DNA from: a virus
Taxonomy: Duplodnaviria > Heunggongvirae > Uroviricota > Caudoviricetes
DNA length: 64,000 nucleotides
Virus record (IMG/VR): IMGVR_UViG_3300050821_018098
Strand: one strand, 5' to 3'
Shown here: in pieces, positions 9,000 to 16,538 of the stretch
Layout of the letters: each line of letters starts with the position of its first letter
Numbering within the stretch: the stretch's first letter is position 1
Made by a program: the position numbers and the translations under genes
The notes under the pieces: model-generated
Seen by the model: only the letters and a program-made list of their open reading frames with translations
What the model was told of the DNA's origin: nothing
The model's database searches: none

Positions 9000-9686
9000 A
9001 TGAAAAAAAGAAACAAGCAATATCTTCGTGAGAAGGAATATTTGCGTTTAAAAAAAGCATCCGATGATAATTGGGATGCTCAAAGAAATTTAGGTTGGAT
9101 TCAACTTGATGAACCTCTCCATACAGGTTATACAGCTAAACTAGTTCTCAGGTCTGATATTGCTAATAGAGAAGATGCTTGGATTTTTCAAACAATCATC
9201 GATAATTACAGTAGCAGTTCTTATGCTAAAAGATTAAGGGATCTTGATTTTTCAAAAAAAGATATCAAATCATATCGTATTTATGGTAGGCCACATGTGT
9301 ATAGTATAAGTGAAAATACATATAACTCAATGAATCCACAAATCAAAAAATGGTTTCAAAAACTATCATTTACTTCCTCATGGGCAGGCGAACGTTATTC
9401 TTGTGATGTACCAAATTTCTTTTTTGAAATTTCAATAGAGAAATATTACACAACTAAAATAAGAATATTTGATGAAGTTCTTCAACAAGAAGCAGCAGAG
9501 ATAAAAGCTACAATTGAACATAAATTCTATATAGAAAATTGTAGATTTTATAATGGTCGTAGAATGAGAAGAATTTTGAATAATATACAAAGGAATAAAT
9601 CTAAAATGAAAATGAATCATATTATTGATAGTGATGAGGATTATATCTTTGAGGATAATTATAAAAATGCTTCCGGGTATTGGTAG
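9000..9686 (+). CDS. basic hypothetical protein between the two tRNA operons
   Basis: 228-aa ORF; no assignable motif. Confidence 0.6.
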   Translation: MKKRNKQYLREKEYLRLKKASDDNWDAQRNLGWIQLDEPLHTGYTAKLVLRSDIANREDAWIFQTIIDNYSSSSYAKRLRDLDFSKKDIKSYRIYGRPHVYSISENTYNSMNPQIKKWFQKLSFTSSWAGERYSCDVPNFFFEISIEKYYTTKIRIFDEVLQQEAAEIKATIEHKFYIENCRFYNGRRMRRILNNIQRNKSKMKMNHIIDSDEDYIFEDNYKNASGYW

Positions 9687-9901
9687 AATTAATATATAAT
9701 AGAAATAATATTTTTTATGATTAAATTTAGAATAAAGAGTATACTGATGATATCAGCAATTTTGGTTATTGCTTTAGCTTTAATATTTCTAATACATATT
9801 TTTAGTCTTCCACCTATATTAGTAGGTGTAGTTTTTATATTTACTTTTGTTGCAGTAATATTTAACGAAAGTATATTTAAAATAAATATTAAAGAATAAA
9901 T

Positions 9902-9933
9902 TTTGGTTATATGAAAACTTTCTACTACTTTTG
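9902..9933 (+). promoter_or_regulatory. Bacteroidota-type housekeeping promoter (-33 TTTG / -7 TAnnTTTG)
   Basis: TTTG 9902-9905, 20-nt spacer, TACTTTTG 9926-9933; similar sites at 12847-12877, 25782-25811 and 49446-49476. Confidence 0.6.
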
Positions 9934-9987
9934 ACGTATCAATACAAAAGGAAGATATTTGTCTTCATATATAAGTTAAGAAAAACA

Positions 9988-10086
9988 ATGAACTTGAACA
10001 ATAACATATCTACAACCACTACGAATAGATGGCATCGTCGTACAAGAACCTCTCAAGGGTTGCTTAGTGGTCATGGTATGTTGTAA
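9988..10086 (+). CDS. leader peptide MNLNNNISTTTTNRWHRRTRTSQGLLSGHGML
   Basis: 32-codon ORF read by hand; Thr run plus AGA TGG CAT CGT CGT ACA AGA (10027-10047); followed by a terminator and five tRNAs; TATATAA at 9968. Confidence 0.82.
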   Translation: MNLNNNISTTTTNRWHRRTRTSQGLLSGHGML

Positions 10087-10113
10087 TTTCTAGTTCTAAA
10101 GATAAAGGAATTC

Positions 10114-10159
10114 AAAATCCGCCTCGAAGCATAAAACCTTCGAGGCGGATTTTTGTTTA
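10114..10159 (+). terminator. attenuator terminator upstream of the His/Trp/Arg/Arg/Thr tRNA operon
   Basis: AAAATCCGCCTCGAAG-cataaaac-CTTCGAGGCGGATTTT then TGTTT; ends a few nt before tRNA-His. Confidence 0.88.
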
Positions 10160-10162
10160 TAT

Positions 10163-10234
10163 GGTGTCATTAGTTTAGTGGTAGAATTTAGGTTTGTGGA
10201 GCCTAAGACCAGGGTTCGATTCCCGATGACACCC
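10163..10234 (+). tRNA. tRNA-His (GUG) with encoded G-1
   Basis: GGTGTCAT/ATGACACC, anticodon arm TAGGT-TTGTGGA-GCCTA, T loop TTCGATT. Confidence 0.9.
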
Positions 10235-10238
10235 AAAT

Positions 10239-10317
10239 ACAGCAGCTGGCATTGGCGAGCCGAGCATTCTCCAAAAGTGTGTCGAAAGACTTGTAGATCC
10301 GACTTCTACCTGCTGTG
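10239..10317 (+). tRNA. tRNA-Trp (CCA) with class II-like variable arm
   Basis: ACAGCAG/CTGCTGT acceptor, GGC/GCC D stem, GCATT-CTCCAAA-AGTGT, variable hairpin GTC-GAAA-GAC, T arm GTAGA-TCCGACT-TCTAC. Confidence 0.8.
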
Positions 10318-10324
10318 CAAAAAT

Positions 10325-10397
10325 ATTCCTGTAGTTCAATTGGATAGAACAAATTACTACGGATAATTAGATAAAGGTTCGAGTCCTTTCGGGAATA
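10325..10397 (+). tRNA. tRNA-Arg (ACG)
   Basis: ATTCCTG/CGGGAAT, AATTA-CTACGGA-TAATT, AAAGG-TTCGAGT-CCTTT. Confidence 0.93.
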
Positions 10398-10406
10398 CAA
10401 AAATAT

Positions 10407-10480
10407 TATCTTGTAGCTCAATTGAATAGAGCGATTGCCTTCTAAGCAGTAGGTTGCAGGTTTGAATCCTGCCAAGGTAA
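10407..10480 (+). tRNA. tRNA-Arg (UCU)
   Basis: TATCTTG/CAAGGTA, ATTGC-CTTCTAA-GCAGT, GCAGG-TTTGAAT-CCTGC. Confidence 0.92.
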
Positions 10481-10485
10481 CAAAT

Positions 10486-10558
10486 TCCGGAGTAGCTCAA
10501 TTGATGGAGCATCTGACTTGTAATCAGAAGGTTGAGGGTTTGATCCCCTTCTCCGGAT
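10486..10558 (+). tRNA. tRNA-Thr (UGU)
   Basis: TCCGGAG/CTCCGGA, TCTGA-CTTGTAA-TCAGA, GAGGG-TTTGATC-CCCTT. Confidence 0.93.
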
Positions 10559-10573
10559 CAAACGTATATAACT

Positions 10574-11749
10574 ATGAAAATAAATATCAACATATTAAAA
10601 GAAATTCCTAAGAACTTTGGTTCTGGATTATGTGTATATGGTAAACCTAGTGAAGAAGTTTCTTCATGGATAAACTATCACAATTTTGAAACCGAGTTAT
10701 CTGGAAGCTTCACTAATATAATAATACCAGAAGATTTAGATATTAATACAGCTTTTTACATTAACGAGCAGTATGAGTATATTGATGGGATTAGTCCAAA
10801 TCTCAATAAGTATACTCATTTAGGACATATATCTAACTTTGTATTAGCTAAAACTTTTCAAAAACTTGGTATAGGAAAACAATTTATCGCTAACCTCGGT
10901 GATACTTTGGAGGGTAATGTTAAAAAAGAAGATGCTTTAAAAGTTTATCAGGAAATATGTAACACTTTCGATTACAAAATTGATAAAATATTCTTTGCTT
11001 CTGAATTAGAATATACTGGTGAACTTTTAGAAAACGGACAAGGTGAATATGAAGGCACTAAAATATTTAACATAAATGATAAGAAATTGGTCGGAATTAA
11101 AAGTAATGGGGCTACATCATATTTTTATCAGGATGTAGCCCTGGCCTCTATACTAAACAGTAAAACTTTATACATGACAGGTTTGGAACAAGGTGAGCAT
11201 TTTAAATCTTTGAAAATATTATTTCCAAATGTTGAACATCTACCTCTTGGTTTAGTTATGGTAAAAGGCGAGAAAATGTCTTCTCGTTTAGGTAATGTGA
11301 TCTTATTTTCTGAGATCATAGATATGTTCAAAGAGAAATTTGGTGATAATGATAAGCTTGTATGGAATGTATTAGCAGGTTATATTTTAAAATCTATTCC
11401 TGGAACCAATAAAAACATTGATTTGGATCAATTGGATAATGTTAAGATGTCAGCCGGTTTATATTTGAGCTATACGTTGGCTAAATTAAAAAGTGCTGGA
11501 TTAGTTGTAAATGATATATCTGATTTCAATTCAGTTTTCTTAAAAATAAAAACATTGAAAGCAAAGAATAGTTTATCACCAAATATATTGTTTGAAGCTT
11601 TAGTGGAACAGGCTAAAAAGATAAGTGGTTTGTATGAGTTATATCAAATAAAAGGAAACGACGATAATCAAAAAATGTTCAACCCCTTGGCTGAGGACTT
11701 ATTATTTGGTATGAAACTATTAGGTCTTTATGATATAGACAAGGTGTAA
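10574..11749 (+). CDS. argS: compact arginyl-tRNA synthetase
   Basis: SPNLNKYTHLGH (HIGH), GLEQGEHF, KMSSRLGNVI (KMSKS), GLYLSYTLAKLKS anticodon-domain motif; directly follows two tRNA-Arg genes. Confidence 0.85.
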   Translation: MKININILKEIPKNFGSGLCVYGKPSEEVSSWINYHNFETELSGSFTNIIIPEDLDINTAFYINEQYEYIDGISPNLNKYTHLGHISNFVLAKTFQKLGIGKQFIANLGDTLEGNVKKEDALKVYQEICNTFDYKIDKIFFASELEYTGELLENGQGEYEGTKIFNINDKKLVGIKSNGATSYFYQDVALASILNSKTLYMTGLEQGEHFKSLKILFPNVEHLPLGLVMVKGEKMSSRLGNVILFSEIIDMFKEKFGDNDKLVWNVLAGYILKSIPGTNKNIDLDQLDNVKMSAGLYLSYTLAKLKSAGLVVNDISDFNSVFLKIKTLKAKNSLSPNILFEALVEQAKKISGLYELYQIKGNDDNQKMFNPLAEDLLFGMKLLGLYDIDKV

Positions 11750-11770
11750 AATATTCAACACCTTGTCTAT
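11735..11770. terminator. 13-bp hairpin between convergent argS and endolysin
   Basis: ATAGACAAGGTGT / ACACCTTGTCTAT perfect inverted repeat overlapping the argS stop; no clear T tract. Confidence 0.55.
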
Positions 11771-11780
11771 CATAAGTAAT

Positions 11781-12359
11781 TTATTTAGCTATAGAAGCTG
11801 TTGTAGGAGCTGCCTGTATAACGGATTTACATTTAACTACCCACATCTTTCTTTCATTAAGACCATTATAACCGCCATTAATTTTTTTAGTGATTGATAC
11901 TACATCATCTTTATCAGCAAAAACGTTGAGACCTTTTCTATTCCAGAACCAGCCTGCCACTAAACCATCCCATGGTTCATGTGCAACTAAATCAGGGTTT
12001 GTAACAAAATCTTGTCCAAATTCAGCTGATGCAGCTTTATAATTACCTTTTCCGGTTAATTGGAACCAACCTCGACCCCTGTATAAATATCCATCACCAT
12101 CATGTTCAGGAGTATTACCAAGATCTACTCTTGTATCATAAGCTAACTGAGCCGGAGTATTACCCCAAATCTCTGTTGAATATCTGAAAGCACCAGATTC
12201 ATGTAATACTTGGGCCAAGAAATGGCAAATTCTAAGAATAGTATTAATATTGTATTTTATAAATGTTTGATTTAAGGCATCTGTAATTGTTTGAAGTCTA
12301 GCATCATCGTAATGTGTTGGTACTATAATAGATGCTAACTGTTCTTTTGTAATAGACAT
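11781..12359 (-). CDS. GH19 (chitinase-like) endolysin
   Basis: HFLAQVLHESG, YRGRGWFQLTGKGNY, WFWNRKGLN, ITKKINGGYNGLNER. Confidence 0.92.
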   Translation of the reverse strand: MSITKEQLASIIVPTHYDDARLQTITDALNQTFIKYNINTILRICHFLAQVLHESGAFRYSTEIWGNTPAQLAYDTRVDLGNTPEHDGDGYLYRGRGWFQLTGKGNYKAASAEFGQDFVTNPDLVAHEPWDGLVAGWFWNRKGLNVFADKDDVVSITKKINGGYNGLNERKMWVVKCKSVIQAAPTTASIAK

Positions 12360-12485
12360 AAGAGAATTTTTGATTTCCTTTATCTATATTTTTAGATAAA
12401 TGTTTTTATTCCACAAATACATCAGTACCAATATTAAAACATAAGATAGTTTTGTTATATAACAATAAATGCTTATTATTGTAAT

Positions 12486-12851
12486 ATGAAACATTTCATG
12501 ATTCTTATCATCGGTATTATATTCACTACGGGATGTTATAAACCACCACAAAAAGTATCTTACATCGTGAAAGATACTATTTATGTTACTGTCATCGATA
12601 CGATATATTTACATCATTATGTAGATACTATAGTTGAAAGAATCATAATACCATATACAAGTATGATTACATCTATTGATAAAATATGTATACCTAATAA
12701 TAAACCATATTATTCAAAATTTTCTAAACTAGGTATAACTATAAACATACCTAAGAGAAAAACGCTGTCGGATTTTAGACCAGGGCTCCAGTATCATATT
12801 ATTATACCTAAACCAAAAGTAAAAAAACCAAAACATTCTTACGATTTTTGA
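12486..12851 (+). CDS. lipoprotein with DTIY repeats (spanin candidate)
   Basis: Signal peptide with lipobox TTGC; DTIY repeats; next to the endolysin. Confidence 0.4.
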   Translation: MKHFMILIIGIIFTTGCYKPPQKVSYIVKDTIYVTVIDTIYLHHYVDTIVERIIIPYTSMITSIDKICIPNNKPYYSKFSKLGITINIPKRKTLSDFRPGLQYHIIIPKPKVKKPKHSYDF

Positions 12852-13461
12852 AATCACAAAGAATTTTAGTAAATTTGATACAAAATTAAGAATAAAAAAA
12901 TGTCCACAAGTTTGTTATGCAATAATTGTAAATCACCTATACGTAAAAGTAACCAAGAAGAAGTTTATGAGAATAACTTTTTTTATAAAAATGATAATGG
13001 TCAACCTATATGCAAATATTGTGGACCCAAAAATTATTCGGATGATTTTGGATGGGTATTTATTGGTATGGTAATAATAGCCCTAATTGCTATAGTATTC
13101 ACAATCGTGTAAAATCATGAAAGAGGTAAAGGATCCTTGTTATCAAATCACAAAAAAAGTTAAAACTGTTTTATATACAGATGGTATGATAGAGGATTTT
13201 CCTTTAATTAAAAAGACTAGAGAACAAATTATCGAACTTATAACTCAGGCTCGTTTACAGAAGTATAACTCTTTGACTAAAGAAGAGTTGATTGAGAAGT
13301 TAATGAGAAAGAATGCTGTTAGAATAGAAAGTACAAAGAATGATGATCTGGAGGATTTAGTGGATAAACTTGTAGGATTCGGTCATATTATTAATGAACC
13401 TTGTCCATACAATGGTATTCATTGTTCCTTTGGTGATATAAATGGTTTAGTTTAAAAAATT

Positions 13462-14184
13462 ATGATACACACTGTAACAATTACTGGAGCTGATGATAAC
13501 GTAGAACAGAAAGAATTACAAAAACTCTTTGTTAAATATCCATTTGTCGAATGGGGTATTTTATTTTCAAAAACCAGAGCTGGAACACAGCGTTATCCAT
13601 CTACTAAGTGGATAGATAATTTAGGCAGTATAGATGAATTATTTGATCGCAAGAAAGTTAAGTTCTCATCGCATATTTGTGGTTCTATATGTGAAGATTT
13701 TCTTCAAGGTGATAGAAAAATCTTAAAACTTATACAAACTAATGTATTTACAAGATTTCAATTGAATTTTAATATTGAGAAATACTCTGTTAATATATTT
13801 GATTTCATTCATTTAATGATTCGTGCTGAAGAGAAATCATACAATGGTTTAAATGTTATACTTCAATATAATCAACCAAATAAAGCATTCATGGATTTTT
13901 TAATAAAATATCAACCAGGTGAATTTTTACATTACTTATATGATTCTTCAGGTGGTAATGGTAAAACACCTGATTCCTGGCCAGCTCCTTTATCCAAACC
14001 TACCGGTTATGCTGGAGGATTAAATTTGGAAAATTTAGATTCAGAAATTCAAAAGATACTAAGTGTAACTGGTGAAACACCTATTTGGATAGATGCTGAA
14101 TCTGGTATCAGAACAAATAATGAATTTGATTTAGTTAAGGTAGAAAAATTTTTAGAGATAGCATCCAAATATGTTGAAAAATAA
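13462..14184 (+). CDS. TrpF-like TIM-barrel protein
   Basis: EWGILFS, LYDSSGGNG, GYAGGL, WIDAESGIRT..FDLVKV resemble the phosphoribosylanthranilate isomerase-like phage family. Confidence 0.55.
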   Translation: MIHTVTITGADDNVEQKELQKLFVKYPFVEWGILFSKTRAGTQRYPSTKWIDNLGSIDELFDRKKVKFSSHICGSICEDFLQGDRKILKLIQTNVFTRFQLNFNIEKYSVNIFDFIHLMIRAEEKSYNGLNVILQYNQPNKAFMDFLIKYQPGEFLHYLYDSSGGNGKTPDSWPAPLSKPTGYAGGLNLENLDSEIQKILSVTGETPIWIDAESGIRTNNEFDLVKVEKFLEIASKYVEK

Positions 14185-14230
14185 TATTTAATCTAGTTTA
14201 AACTCAGAATATATAAAGCATGAAAAAATA

Positions 14231-15087
14231 GTATATTATATACCTGTTGCAACCATTTTTTAATTTATACGTATAAGAGTCTATAAAATAGGCTAATATA
14301 TGTTTATGCATTTATCCCGATAATTACATTTTATACTTAATTGTATAGAATAAATTATATTTTCTTATTTAATATACCCTTTAAATCTGTCACCAAAAAT
14401 TGCATGTGCTCAAGTAAGCTACTTCTGTCTACAGTATTTCCGTTTACGGTTATGTAATTATGTTCACTAATTTCAACATTAACTACAATTTGAGAAACCT
14501 GTTCTCTTAATCTTTTTTCGTATTGCCTAAAATCATTTATTGTTTTTTCGTAATCATCTTTCGCTAATTTCAGGCTATCATTTAAACGTTTATTTTCTTC
14601 TAAGTAATGTCTATTCTGATCAAGTTCTTTTTTGAATCCATAATTTTTAAGTATATAATTAGAAATAGGAAATGAAAGCAAAAGAAACATTAATCCAGAC
14701 AACAAAAAACATACTATTATCATATCTAGTGTCATTTTCTCATATTTTGAAATTATTAAGGCAATAGCTACTCCTATTGCAATACCTATTAGAGGAAAAA
14801 TCAAATTAACGATTACATCTCTTGAACTTATTTTTTCATTCATATAAATTAAGGCTTAAGTTAAAACCCTAAAATACACGAAAAATCTAGCATCTAAGGT
14901 TTATTTTCTTTTTGTACACTATTTCTTTTACTGCTTTCTTAGGTTTATAATTCAGCATTTCAGGACTGTGCCCCAAGGCTAACTTTACTGGTAACAATTA
15001 AAATACCTAATTTTCAGTCGCTTATCAAAAAAAGCGAAATCACTGAAATTTAAGGAAAATGACGGTTGCAACAGGTTTATAATATAC
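14231..15087. repeat. 24-bp inverted repeat pair flanking an about 810-bp cassette
   Basis: GTATATTATATACCTGTTGCAACC (14231-14254) versus the reverse complement of 15064-15087, GTATATTATAAACCTGTTGCAACC; 23/24 identical. Confidence 0.8.
14355..14843 (-). CDS. two-TM membrane protein with coiled-coil tail
   Basis: Two hydrophobic segments then a heptad-rich region; the only sizeable ORF inside the IR cassette. Confidence 0.6.
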   Translation of the reverse strand: MNEKISSRDVIVNLIFPLIGIAIGVAIALIISKYEKMTLDMIIVCFLLSGLMFLLLSFPISNYILKNYGFKKELDQNRHYLEENKRLNDSLKLAKDDYEKTINDFRQYEKRLREQVSQIVVNVEISEHNYITVNGNTVDRSSLLEHMQFLVTDLKGILNKKI

Positions 15088-15094
15088 AAAAAAT

Positions 15095-15693
15095 ATGTTG
15101 TTAGTTTTGCTGATTTTATAAAAGAAAGTATAGATAATTCAGTAATGAATAAACCAGAAGATATATACAATTATATTAGTAATCTACCAGGAAGAGGTAA
15201 AATATATAGTCAGTCATCATACCACACTAAAGATATTTTATATAAAGATAGTATAATTACTGCAATAAATTCATCATTCAATGATATTCGCACTTTTTAT
15301 ATAAAATATAACAAGACCTTAAATAAAATAAAACATAGTCTTCCAACACCAACAAATTTAAGAATACCTCTTTATGATAAATTAAATAATATAATAATAC
15401 ATTGTGAACGATATTCAAAAAACAAAATGTATTTAGATCTTGCTAAGTTAATGTGTTTTCAGACTATGTCATTTCTATTATATGAAGACTATTTCAATAT
15501 TAATTTTTCATATGCAAATCATAATTTCGAAGAAGTAATAAACAATATTGTTATACCTGAAACAGAAATAGATTTTTATAACTTTGTAGCAAATTTTGTA
15601 AATGGTGATCCAATTAAAGGTTTATTACTTTTTAGTAAAAATTCAGAACCAATATTAGTGACTATGACACTCTTTATTCAGGGTAAAAAATAA
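15095..15693 (+). pseudogene. capsid-targeting-motif protein with an apparent 1-nt frameshift just after the start
   Basis: ATG TTG TT then AGT TTT GCT GAT TTT ATA AAA GAA (SFADFIKE) in frame with the 15145 ORF; one extra nt gives MLLSFADFIKES. Confidence 0.45.
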
Positions 15694-15971
15694 AAAATTA
15701 TGTTGAACCCAATATCAAATAAAATAGTAGTTAAGATAAATAATTCTGGTAGTTGTTTTTTAAGTGATCCAGACTCTATGCTGGCTTCAGTTCTTACAGA
15801 AGTATTAACTGCTATGGGACATAAATTCCCTTTTAGTAAAGACATATTATCTCAATTAAATGAAAATGAGCTTGAATCTAATAAGGATATATTTCCGAAG
15901 AAAATTAATTACTATCTTGGTAGCACATTTATTATGCAGGAAAATATTTTAAACCCTGGTGTGTTTAGATT

Positions 15972-16538
15972 TTATTCACCCTTTATATCATTTTCGTAGG
16001 AGATTTCTTTATTATTAAGGTATTCATAATAACCATATAAAATACCTACAACAGCACCTAAAACATGTGCTTCATAAGCAATATTATCATTAGGTAGTGC
16101 TACAACATTAATAAAATTACTAATTATGGACCATATGATATAAAATCGGATCAACCAAAATCTTGTAACAACTAAGGCGTACCCTTTAAGTACATAAATT
16201 CCGGTTGAGGCACCAAGTAATCCTCCAGGCGTTCCCATAAAATAACAAGCGTATAATAAATTCGCTATGGCACCAAGCAAAAATATTTTGAATATATCTT
16301 TTCTGTTTTCATATACTTCAAGATAATATCCTGTCATAAATAAGACAACAATATTATTTAGTATGTGTGAATAATCCGAATGGAAAAACAAAGCTGTTAC
16401 AGAAGTTATGAATGTAAATCTATTACCTTTTGTAATACAGAAAAACCATAAGAATACATCATTGTATATACAGATCTGCTCAAAAATAAAACAGAAAATA
16501 ATTATACATATTAACAGAACAGTTTTATTCTTCTTCAT
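15972..16538 (-). CDS. rhomboid-family intramembrane serine protease
   Basis: FFHSDYSHILNN, GLLGASTG (GxSG), YEAHVLGAVVG; multiple TM helices. Confidence 0.88.
   Translation of the reverse strand: MKKNKTVLLICIIIFCFIFEQICIYNDVFLWFFCITKGNRFTFITSVTALFFHSDYSHILNNIVVLFMTGYYLEVYENRKDIFKIFLLGAIANLLYACYFMGTPGGLLGASTGIYVLKGYALVVTRFWLIRFYIIWSIISNFINVVALPNDNIAYEAHVLGAVVGILYGYYEYLNNKEISYENDIKGE

Noticed and set aside
9960-10160. T-box riboswitch as the regulator of the tRNA/argS operon
   Set aside because: No T-box consensus (AGGGTGGNACCGCG) or Stem I specifier structure is visible; a translated codon-matched leader explains the region better.
10178-10475. ORFs 10178-10366 (+) and 10203-10475 (-)
   Set aside because: They overlap the tRNA genes and are translation artefacts.
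14225-14255. dif (XerCD) site suggested by GTATATTAT
   Set aside because: Only the spacer-like core matches; the XerC and XerD arms do not.
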